From NCBI GenBank assembly GCA_963762145.1, contig CAVXJS010000015.1, positions 32,001 to 96,000 on the forward strand: DNA of 64,000 nt, in the 5' to 3' direction. The notes beneath the pieces were generated by a model that had not been told where the DNA came from, ran no database searches, and saw only the letters and a program-made list of their open reading frames with translations. This DNA is from an uncultured Candidatus Rokubacteria bacterium. GTDB lineage: Bacteria > Methylomirabilota > Methylomirabilia > Rokubacteriales > CSP1-6. This document shows, piece by piece, positions 52,891 through 61,538 of this stretch (position 1 is the first letter of the stretch; every line of letters starts with the position of its first letter). The position numbers and the translations under genes are program-made.

Positions 52891-54970
52891 ATGACCGACG
52901 CAGAGCTCGACCAGCTCGCGATCAACACCATCCGCACCCTCTCGATCGACGCGGTCCAGCAGGCGAAGTCCGGACACCCCGGCACGCCGATGGCGCTCGC
53001 CCCGCTCGTCTACACGATCTGGAACCGCGTCATGCGCTTCGATCCCGCAGGACCCGATCTGGCCCAACCGCGATCGGTTCGTGCTCTCGAACGGCCACGC
53101 CTCGATGCTGCTCTGGTCCGTGCTCCACCTGACCGGCGACCCAGGCGGTGAACGCCGACTACGAGCGGCTCGGGCACGCCTCGGTGACGCTCGACGACAT
53201 CCGCCACTTCCGCCAGCTCGACAGCAAGGCGCCCGGGCATCCCGAGTATCACTGGGTCTCCGGCGTCGAGACGACGACCGGCCCGCTCGGGCAGGGCGTC
53301 GCCACCAGCGTCGGCATGGCCATCGCACAGAAGTGGCTCGCCGACCGCTACAACCGGCCCGGCTTCGAGATCTTCGACTACGACATCTACGCCGTCTGCG
53401 GCGACGGCTGCCTGATGGAGGGCGTCGCGTCCGAGGCGGCGTCGCTGGCCGGGCACCTCGGGCCTCGACAACCTCTGCTGGGTCTACGACAACAACCACA
53501 TCACGATCGAAGGGCAGCACCGACATCGCCTTCACCGAGGATGTCGCGGCCCGGTTCCTCGCGTACGGCTGGAACGTGCTGCGCGTGGGCGACGCCAACG
53601 ACATCGATCGCATCGAGCACGCGCCTCGACGTCTTCCGGAAGACGAAGGGCCGCCCGACCTTCATCGTCCTCGACAGCCACATCGGCTACGGCTCCCCGC
53701 ACAAGCAGGACACCGCCGCCGCCCACGGCGAGCCGCTCGGCGACGACGAGGTCCGGCTCGCCAAGCGCAGCTACGGCTGGCCCGAGGACGCGCAGTTCCT
53801 CGTCCCCGACGGCGTCCGCGAGCACTTCGCCGCCGGCATCGGCGCGCGCGGCGCGGCCGCGCCGGAGCAGCTGGACGGAACTCTTCGCGGCCTATCGCGC
53901 CAAGTATCCCCGAGCTCGCGACCGAGATCGAGCAGATGCAGCGGCGCGAGCTGCCGGCCGGGTGGGACCGCGAACCTCCCGGTCTTCCCGGCCGACGCGA
54001 AGGGCATCGCGGGGCGGGACGCGTCGGGCAAGGTGCTGAACGTGCTCGCGCAGAACATCCCCTGGTTCCTCGGCGGCTCGGCGGACCTCGGCCCGTCGAA
54101 CAAGACGCACGCTGACTACGAGGGCGCCGGCGACTTCCAGGCCGACACGCCGGGCGGCAAGAACCTGCACTTCGGCATCCGCGAGCACGCGATGGCCGCG
54201 ATCGTGAACGGCCTGTCGCTCTCGAAGCTCCGGGCCTTCGGCGCGACCTTCTTCATCTTCAGCGACTACGCGCGGCCGGCGATCCGGCTCTCGGCGCTGA
54301 TGGAGCTGCCGGCCCTCTTCGTCTTCACGCACGACGCCATGGGCGACGGCGAGGACGGCCCGACCCACCAGCCGGTCGAGCAGCTGGCGTCGCTGCGCGC
54401 CATCCCCGGGCTGGTCATCGCTGCGGCCCGGCGACGCCAACGAGGTCGTCGAGGCCTATCGCTACATCATGCAGCTGCGCCACCAGCCGGCGGTGCTGGC
54501 GCTGTCGCGCCAGCCCCTGCCGACCCTGGATCGGCAGCAAGTACGCGCCGGCCGCCGGCGTCGCCCGCGGCGCCTACGTGCTCGCCGACGCCCCGGCGGC
54601 AAGCCCGAGGTGATCCTCATCGCTCGGGCAGCGAGGTGATCCTCGCGGTCGCAGGCCCACGAGAAGCTACGTCGCCGAGGGCATCCGCTCGCGCGTGGTC
54701 TCGATGCCGTCCTGGGACATCTTCGAGCACCAGACGCCGGAGTACCGGGAGAGCGTGCTGCCGCCGACAGTGAAGGCGCGCGTCGCCGTGGAGCAGGCCT
54801 CGACGATCGGCTGGGAGCGCTACGTCGGCGACGCGGGCCGCGTCATCGGCATGAAGACCTTCGGCGCCTCGGCGCCGCTCAAGGAGCTGCAGAAGAAGTT
54901 CGGCTTCGAGCCCGACCACGTGGTGGCGGCGGCGAAGGAGGTGCTGGGCCGGAACCGAGCACGCGCATGA
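52891..54970 (+). CDS. tkt: transketolase, multiply frameshifted
   Basis: [56 protein letters not shown]. Confidence 0.9.
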
Positions 54971-55018
54971 TCACCGCCGGCCCTTGCTCCCGGGCGTTCA
55001 CCGTGATCGGATAGCGCC

Positions 55019-55606
55019 GTGACGCCACAGCCCGCCGCCGCATCGACCGCACCACCCACGAACTACCCGGTCCAGTGGGCGCTCACGTCTCGGGCGGTCC
55101 TGGCGATGCTTTTCGGCCTGGCCGAGGGCGCGATGATCCTCCTGGCGTTCTGGCTACCCCGCATCACGGCGGGCCTGATGGGCACGATGTTCATGGGCTT
55201 CGCACTGCTGGACGGCCTCGTGGCCCTCTTCGCAGCCGTCTGGGGGTGGCGCCGCGGCGGCCGCTGGCGTCTACTCGCCTGCAAGGGCGTGACCGGAGTC
55301 ACCGCGGGGGTCGCGGTCATGTTCCAGACTCCCGGTCAAAAGCCGGGCGCGCTGGCCATCTTCGCGTGGTGGGCGATCATCACCGGATTGCTCCAGGGCG
55401 TGGAGGCCATCTTCCTCGGTGCCCACCGGGGCCGACCGGTCCTCGTGGCGACCGCCGTGCTCTCGCTGGCCTTCGGGTCACTGATCCTGGGCCGGCCGCC
55501 CCGGGACCTGATGACGCTGGTCATGCATGTCGCCGCCTACGGCATCCTGCTCGGCATCCTGCGTCTGATCGTGGCCACTCGGCTGCGGAGCCCCGACCTG
55601 GTCTGA
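55019..55606 (+). CDS. HdeD/DUF308-like membrane protein
   Basis: Six hydrophobic segments; RAVLAMLFG...FALLDG...WAIITGLLQ pattern. Confidence 0.6.
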   Translation: MTPQPAAASTAPPTNYPVQWALTSRAVLAMLFGLAEGAMILLAFWLPRITAGLMGTMFMGFALLDGLVALFAAVWGWRRGGRWRLLACKGVTGVTAGVAVMFQTPGQKPGALAIFAWWAIITGLLQGVEAIFLGAHRGRPVLVATAVLSLAFGSLILGRPPRDLMTLVMHVAAYGILLGILRLIVATRLRSPDLV

Positions 55607-55610
55607 AGCA

Positions 55611-56378
55611 TCACGCAACAGGTCGGCCGTGCATGGCGGCCAACGCCGCGTCGTGCAGGAGCCCGTTGCTGGCGAAAACGGTACTGCCGTGGATCCCGTC
55701 CCGCCCATCGAGATCGGTGAGGCGGCCGCCCGCCTCTTCCACGATGACCTTCAGCGCGGCCACGTCCCACGCCTTCACGGTGGTCGAGAGCGCGATCTCG
55801 CCCTGCCCCTCGGCCACCCAGAGATAGGCCGAGAAGTCGCCGAAGCCGCGCTGGACCTGCGTCCGATCGGCCAGGCGCAGGAACCCGTCCCAGTAGGCGC
55901 TCCGCCGCAGGAAGTTCACCGAGGAGTGCACGACCAGCGCGCGGTCGAGCGCGTCCACCGAGGACACGCGGATCCGCGTCCCGTCGCGCCAGGCCCCCTG
56001 CCCGCGCCAGGCGGTGTGCAGCACGCCCGGGACCGGCTGGAACACCGCGCCGGCCGTCACCACGCCGTGCTCCTCGAGGCCGATGAGCACCGCCCAGGTG
56101 GGGATGCGCCGCACGAAGTTCCGGGTCCCGTCGATGGGGTCGATGATGAAGCGCCGATCCGGCGGGCCCGCCTCGCCCAGCTCCTCGCCCAGCACGCCGT
56201 GGTCGGGACAGCGCGCGCGCAGCACGGCCGCGATCGTCCGCTCGGCCTCCCGATCGGCCTCGGTGACCGGGGAGCGGTCGGGCTTGAGCGAGACCGCGAG
56301 CTCACGCCGGTAGTGTTCGAGCGCCACCGCGCCGCCCGCGCGGGCCGCTTCCACCATGATCTCGAGCCGTGGATCCAT
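55611..56378 (-). CDS. inositol monophosphatase family (HisN-like)
   Basis: KPDRSPVTEAD, GEE, IIDPIDGTRNF, WDVAA. Confidence 0.88.
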   Translation of the reverse strand: MDPRLEIMVEAARAGGAVALEHYRRELAVSLKPDRSPVTEADREAERTIAAVLRARCPDHGVLGEELGEAGPPDRRFIIDPIDGTRNFVRRIPTWAVLIGLEEHGVVTAGAVFQPVPGVLHTAWRGQGAWRDGTRIRVSSVDALDRALVVHSSVNFLRRSAYWDGFLRLADRTQVQRGFGDFSAYLWVAEGQGEIALSTTVKAWDVAALKVIVEEAGGRLTDLDGRDGIHGSTVFASNGLLHDAALAAMHGRPVA

Positions 56379-56397
56379 GCCGAGAGGGAATTGTCCC

Positions 56398-57429
56398 TCA
56401 ACGGACCGGCGCCGCCAGCAGGAATTCTCGGATCGTGGCCGCGACCCCGTTCAGCCGGTGGACGCCGATCGACATGTGGTTGCGGTCGGCGATCTGCTGC
56501 ACCTTCACGTCCGGCAATTCCTGCCGGATACGCTCCATGCTGGCGTGCCGGAACGGCACCATCGTGTTCTGCTCGAAGTCGCGCAGCTTCTGCGCCAGCG
56601 CCGCATCGCTCCGATCGGTGGAAAAGAACGCGGTGGCATACAACGCCAGCGCGGGTGTCCGCACCTTCGTGTAGTCGCGCTTCCACGCGCCGAGCGTCGC
56701 GACCAGCAAGTCCACCGCTTTCCCGGCCGGCACCGGATGCAGAGTGCCGTCCGCGTCGGGCTGCGCGAGGTCGCGGAGATAGGCCTCGAGTCCGTTCGTC
56801 CACGGGGTGTCGCCGAGCCACGCGGCCCGGTACCACGCCCGCAACGCATCCAGCGAGCGCACGTCGGCGGCGCCGGGGCCGTTCACGGCGAGGATCTCAC
56901 CGAACGCGCTGAAGAAGGCCGGGGTGGACCAGTCGTAGCCGGCCTCCAGGTAGACGAGACGCTCCACGCGGGACGGATACTGGCCCGCGAACGCGGTGAT
57001 CTCGTTGCCGCCCATGGACCAGCCGAGCAGGCTGGCGCGCGGGATGCCGAGGTGGTCCAGTAGCTGGCGCAGGTCCTCCACCAGGGTGGCCGCGTCGTAC
57101 GGCCCGGGCGGGGCCTCCGACCGGCCGTGCCCCCGCCGCGCGTAGGCGACGATGCGGAATCGGTCGCGCAAGAGCAGGGCCAGATCGTCGAAGACGTGTG
57201 GATCGTCGCCCAGTCCGTGAATCATCACGAGCGGCGGCCCGTCGCCGCCCCAGTCGAGGTAGTTGAGCCTGACGCCGTTCACCCGGGCGAAGGCGGACCG
57301 GTGAGCGGAGACGTCGATGAAGCCGGCCAGCCCTTGAGCGCTCGTCGCCTCGGGGACCAGCGTCTCGCCGAGGCACACCGCAACCACGACCGCCGTTGAG
57401 ACAACCCCCGCGATGCGATGGAGGAGCAT
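56398..57429 (-). CDS. exported alpha/beta-fold hydrolase
   Basis: LNYLDWGG, MIHGLGD, RRGHGRS, GWSMGG, C-terminal His. Confidence 0.85.
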   Translation of the reverse strand: MLLHRIAGVVSTAVVVAVCLGETLVPEATSAQGLAGFIDVSAHRSAFARVNGVRLNYLDWGGDGPPLVMIHGLGDDPHVFDDLALLLRDRFRIVAYARRGHGRSEAPPGPYDAATLVEDLRQLLDHLGIPRASLLGWSMGGNEITAFAGQYPSRVERLVYLEAGYDWSTPAFFSAFGEILAVNGPGAADVRSLDALRAWYRAAWLGDTPWTNGLEAYLRDLAQPDADGTLHPVPAGKAVDLLVATLGAWKRDYTKVRTPALALYATAFFSTDRSDAALAQKLRDFEQNTMVPFRHASMERIRQELPDVKVQQIADRNHMSIGVHRLNGVAATIREFLLAAPVR

Positions 57430-57440
57430 CACGTCATGCG

Positions 57441-57800
57441 CTAGCGGCGCCAGCCGCCGGCGAATCGACCGCCGCCTCCACCGAACCGGTCGCCCCAGCC
57501 TCCGCCGCCGCCGGACCAGCCGCCTCCACCGGACCAGCCCCCGCCCCGCGGCTCTGGCTGAAGCTGTCGAAGCGGTCATCGCCCCGGGGCGCGCGCCTGC
57601 TGCTCGCCGCTCCCCCACGAGGGCGTGCTCGCGCCTTGCCATCCGCTCGCGCTGTGCTGCTGCCACCCACCCGTGGTGCCCTTGTAGACCTGACCGTTCT
57701 TGTCGGCGTAGACATCGTTGCCTTCGCGAGCTGCTCCGTCGGTCGTGCGCGGTTGGCCGGTACTGGCGGAATAGGCCCCGCTCGTGCCGGTTAGGTTGTC
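57441..57800 (-). pseudogene. C-terminal remnant of a large exported protein with Gly-rich tail (same family as 6833..7027)
   Basis: GNDVYADKNGQVYKGTTGGWQQHSASGW...EQQAR..DDRFDSFS..GWSGGGGGWGDRFGGGGGRFAGGWRR*; no start; frameshifts. Confidence 0.6.
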
Positions 57801-57821
57801 AGGCCGGCCGGGGATTGGTCT

Positions 57822-57839
57822 ATAGGACCTTGGGCTTAT
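57822..57839. promoter_or_regulatory. palindrome site 15 ATAGGACCTTGGGCTTAT (last copy)
   Basis: CAACCT 23 nt away on -; TATGCT 19 nt away on +. Confidence 0.72.
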
Positions 57840-57918
57840 CGATCCTGGGCGCCCGCGGTATGCTGGAGCGCCGCCGCACCCTGAGCGGGTGGGCGCTACC
57901 CTCACCAGGAGGATGCCG

Positions 57919-58497
57919 ATGAGCCGCTCCGAGACCCCGCCCGGCCCCCGCTTCACGCCTCTCACCGAAGCCGCCATGACCCCGCGCCAGCGCGAGAGCT
58001 ACCAGGCCATCGTCTCGGGGCCGCGCAAGGGAGCCCGCGGGCCCTTCAACGCGCTGCTGCGCAGCCCGGAGGTGGCGGACCGCGTGCAGAAGATCGGCGA
58101 GTACATCCGCTTCCAGTCCTCGATCCCGCCTGCGCTCAACGAGATGGCCATCCTGATCACCGGGCGCTTCTGGGGCGCGCAGTACGAGTTCTGGGCCCAC
58201 AGCCAGCTCGCGCGCACCGCCGGCCTCCCCGACGCGATCATCGACGCGATCGCGGAGAACCGCCGCCCCGCGACGATGACCGACGACCAGCGGATCGTTC
58301 ACGATTTCTGCACCGAGCTGTTCCGCGACAAGGCGGTGTCGGACGCCACCTTCAAGGCCGCCGTCGACCGCTTCGGCGAGCAGGGCGTCATCGACCTGAT
58401 CGCGGCGTCCGGCTACTACTCGATCGTCTCGATGGTGCTGAACGTGGATCGCCATCCCCTGCCCGCCGGGGAGCGCCCGCCGCTCAAGCCGCTCTAG
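57919..58497 (+). CDS. carboxymuconolactone decarboxylase (AhpD-like) family protein
   Basis: AGGAGG RBS; GPFNALLRSP, EMAILITGR, YEFWAH, GYYSIVSM. Confidence 0.85.
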   Translation: MSRSETPPGPRFTPLTEAAMTPRQRESYQAIVSGPRKGARGPFNALLRSPEVADRVQKIGEYIRFQSSIPPALNEMAILITGRFWGAQYEFWAHSQLARTAGLPDAIIDAIAENRRPATMTDDQRIVHDFCTELFRDKAVSDATFKAAVDRFGEQGVIDLIAASGYYSIVSMVLNVDRHPLPAGERPPLKPL

Positions 58498-58550
58498 TCA
58501 CGTCGCGCCCGCCGCCCGCTGATCCCGCCGGCGTGGAGTAAGATACCGGG

Positions 58551-59471
58551 GTGCCGCCGCCCAAGCTCATGTCCATGCGGGACGCCGTCGCCCGCTTCGT
58601 GCCGGACGGCGCCTCGATCTGCATGGGCACGGCGCTCGAAGCGCTCATCCCCTTCGCGGCGGGCCACGAGCTGATCCGCCAGCGCCGGCGCGACCTCACC
58701 CTCATCGGCCCCATCTCCGACATCCTCTTCGACCAGCTCATCGGCGCGGGCTGCGTGCGCCGGGTGATCGCGGCCTGGGTCGGCAACGTCAGCGCCGGCC
58801 TCGGCTACAACTATCGCCGCGCGGTCGAGCAGCGTGAGCCCGGGCCGATCGACGTGGAGGACCACTCGAACCTCTCCATCGCCTTCGCGCTCCAGGCCGC
58901 CGCCCTCGGCGTGCCCTACCTGCCCACGCGGTCGTTGCTCGGCACCGATCTCCCGCGCTCCAACCCGACTTTCAAGGCGGCGACCGATCCCTGGTCGGGC
59001 GCCCCGCTCCTGCTGGTGCCCGCGATCGCGCCCGATGTGGCGATCCTCCACGTGCAGCGCGCCGACGAGGAAGGCCACGCGCACGTCTGGGGCACGCTCG
59101 GGGTGACGCGCCAGGCCGCCTTCGCGGCGAAGCGCGTGATCATCGTGGCCGAGGAGATCCGGCCGCGCGCGCGCATCCTGAGCGATCCGGGCCTCGTGCT
59201 CACCCCCGCGCTCAAGGTGGCCGCCGTCGTCCACGAGCCCTGGGGCGCGTTCCCCTCGCCGGTGCAGGGCTACTACGGCCGCCGTCACGACTTCTATCAC
59301 CGCTTCCACGAGGAGAGCCGGACCCCGGAGGGCTTCCGGCAGTGGCTCGATCATTGGGTCCACGGAGTCCCCGACTGGAAGGCCTTCCTCTCCCGCCTCG
59401 ACGCGGGCGTCCTCGACGCGGTGCGGGTCCGACACCCCTTGCCGTCCGAGCCACTCGACTACGGAGCCTGA
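58551..59471 (+). CDS. CoA-transferase subunit A (glutaconate CoA-transferase-like)
   Basis: PFAAGHELIRQ, DQLIGAG, PDVAILHVQRADEEG, PWGAFPS. Confidence 0.85.
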   Translation: MPPPKLMSMRDAVARFVPDGASICMGTALEALIPFAAGHELIRQRRRDLTLIGPISDILFDQLIGAGCVRRVIAAWVGNVSAGLGYNYRRAVEQREPGPIDVEDHSNLSIAFALQAAALGVPYLPTRSLLGTDLPRSNPTFKAATDPWSGAPLLLVPAIAPDVAILHVQRADEEGHAHVWGTLGVTRQAAFAAKRVIIVAEEIRPRARILSDPGLVLTPALKVAAVVHEPWGAFPSPVQGYYGRRHDFYHRFHEESRTPEGFRQWLDHWVHGVPDWKAFLSRLDAGVLDAVRVRHPLPSEPLDYGA

Positions 59472-59474
59472 GCC

Positions 59475-60593
59475 ATGAAGATCACCGCCATCGAGGCCGT
59501 GCCGCTCGCGATTCCCCTCAAGCCGATGACGCCGCCGTCGCCCTGGACCGGCGGCACGCGCAAGCAGATCTACGTGGTCGTGCACACCGACGAGGGCGTC
59601 ACCGGCCTCGGCGAGGCCTTCGCCTACGGCGCGCCGCTCGCGGTCGTGAGCGTCATCGAGGAGAGCCTGGCCCCGCTCGTGGTCGGGCTCGACCCGCTCG
59701 CGATCGAGGCGGTCGTGGACGTGATGCATCGGGGCACCATGATCTACGGCCGGCGCGGGCTCGGCATGTTCGCGATCAGCGGGATCGAGATCGCGCTGTG
59801 GGACCTGCTCGGCAAGGTGCGCAACGCTCCGGTGTACGAGCTGCTGGGCGGCGCCCGGCGGCCGCGCCTGCCCGCCTACGCGAGCCTCCTGCGCTACGAG
59901 ACGCCGGAGGCGGTCGCGGGCGCCTGCCGCCACTTCGTGGCGCAGGGCTTCCGCATGCTCAAGCTGCACCAGACCGACGTGGCCTCGGTGGCCGCGGCGC
60001 GCGCCGCGGTGGGCCCCGACGTGGAGCTGATGCTCGACACCAACTGCCCCTGGACGCCCTTCGAGGCCATCGCGATGGCCCGCGCGCTCGAGCCGTACCG
60101 CCTCTTCTGGTTGGAGGAGCCGGTGTGGCCGCCGGAGGACTACGCGGGCCTCGCGCGCGTCGCCGCCGCCACCGAGACCCCGATCGCGCTGGGCGAGAAC
60201 GAGTCCACGCTCTACGGCTTCAACGAGATCGTGCGGCAGCGAGCGGGCGACGTGCTGCAGCCGAGCATCACCAAGGTCGGCGGCATCTCGGAGTTCCGGA
60301 AGATCGCCGCGCTGGCCCAGGCCGCGAACCTGCCGATCGCCCCGCACTCGTTCTACTTCGGGCCCGGGCTGGCCGCCACGCTGCACGTGGCCGCGACGTT
60401 CGGCGGGCCCCTGCCGGTGGAGTTCCCGACCGGCGACCAGGAGACGCCGTTCCTGGCCCGGCCGATCCAGGCGCGCGACGGCTGGATGGAGGTGCCGAAG
60501 GGCCCCGGCCTCGGCGTCGAGCTCAACCCCGAAGCCATCCGCCGCCACCCCTTCGTCAAGGGCACCGCCCAGATCTTCGACCTCCGCCCGTGA
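59475..60593 (+). CDS. mandelate racemase/muconate lactonizing enzyme family protein
   Basis: TDEGVTGLGE, EIALWDLLGK, KLH, MLDTN, WLEEP, GENE, PGLGVE. Confidence 0.9.
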   Translation: MKITAIEAVPLAIPLKPMTPPSPWTGGTRKQIYVVVHTDEGVTGLGEAFAYGAPLAVVSVIEESLAPLVVGLDPLAIEAVVDVMHRGTMIYGRRGLGMFAISGIEIALWDLLGKVRNAPVYELLGGARRPRLPAYASLLRYETPEAVAGACRHFVAQGFRMLKLHQTDVASVAAARAAVGPDVELMLDTNCPWTPFEAIAMARALEPYRLFWLEEPVWPPEDYAGLARVAAATETPIALGENESTLYGFNEIVRQRAGDVLQPSITKVGGISEFRKIAALAQAANLPIAPHSFYFGPGLAATLHVAATFGGPLPVEFPTGDQETPFLARPIQARDGWMEVPKGPGLGVELNPEAIRRHPFVKGTAQIFDLRP

Positions 60594-60602
60594 CACGCGA
60601 CC

Positions 60603-60669
60603 GCCGGGCCGCGGGATTGAAGGAACAGCGGATTGCCGGGCCGCAAGATTGCCGGACCGCGGGATTGCC
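60603..60669. repeat. degenerate 8/16-nt tandem repeat (GATTGCCG-GGCCGCAA-like)
   Basis: gccgggccgcgggattg...ggattgccgggccgcaagattgccggaccgcgggattgcc. Confidence 0.55.
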
Positions 60670-60755
60670 TGGCCACCCGGTTGCCAGCACGCCCCGATGA
60701 GCCCGCAGGGCGAAGAGGCCAAACCGCAAACCGAGATCATCTACATCCAAGCGCT

Positions 60756-61538
60756 ATGAAAGAGAAGCTTCCGGTAGATTTCACGGAGCGCGAGCTGATG
60801 GTGATAGCCGCCGCGCGCGAGATCCGCGACGACGACGTGGTCTTCGTCGGCATGCGGCTGCCCCTGATCGCGTTCGCCTACGCCAAGCGCACGCATGCGC
60901 CCGGGGCCACCGGCCTCTTCGAGAACGGCATCGTGCGCGATCAGCCGGCGCCCGAGACGCTGATGACCATGAGCGACACGCCGAACATCCCGGGCGCCCT
61001 GTGGTGCACGGGCACGCTCGAGATCATGGCGTTCCTCCAGCAGGGGCTGGTGGACCTGGGGTTCATCGGCGGCGCCGAGATCGACCGGTTCGGCAACCTG
61101 AACACGTCCTACATCGGGGACTGGCGCCGGCCGAAGCTGCGGCTGCCCGGCAGCGGCGGCGGCGCCGACATCGCGAGCCTCGCCCGGCGCTTCGTGGTGA
61201 TCATGCCGCAGGAGAAGCATCGCTTCCGCGAGCGCGTGGACTACATCACCTCGCCCGGCTTCGGCGACGGGCCGGGCTGGCGCGCGCGGGTCGGGCTCAC
61301 CGGCGGCGGGCCCGCCGCGGTCGTCACCACGCTGGGCGTCTTCCGCTTCGACCCCGCAAGCTGCGAGATGTACCTGGCCTCCTATCATCCCGGGCAGAGC
61401 GTGGAGAGCGTCCAGGCCGCGACCGGGTTCACGCTCCGGCCCGCGCCCGACGTGGGACCGACCCCGACGCCCACCGCGGCGGAGCTCGCCATCGTCCGCG
61501 CATGCGACCCCGCCGGCTTCTGGACCCGCAGCGCGTGA
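60756..61538 (+). CDS. CoA-transferase subunit B
   Basis: VFVGMRLP, FENG, GGAEIDRFGNLN, RLPGSGGG, VDYITSPG. Confidence 0.88.
   Translation: MKEKLPVDFTERELMVIAAAREIRDDDVVFVGMRLPLIAFAYAKRTHAPGATGLFENGIVRDQPAPETLMTMSDTPNIPGALWCTGTLEIMAFLQQGLVDLGFIGGAEIDRFGNLNTSYIGDWRRPKLRLPGSGGGADIASLARRFVVIMPQEKHRFRERVDYITSPGFGDGPGWRARVGLTGGGPAAVVTTLGVFRFDPASCEMYLASYHPGQSVESVQAATGFTLRPAPDVGPTPTPTAAELAIVRACDPAGFWTRSA

Noticed and set aside
50990-54700. Programmed frameshifting in gnd/zwf/tkt
   Set aside because: Too many shifts in both directions with no slippery-site pattern
1338-57839. Recurrent palindrome as CRISPR repeat, REP element or attC/IS end
   Set aside because: Not regularly spaced, no cas, integrase or transposase; located 5' of genes at fixed distance from -10-like hexamers
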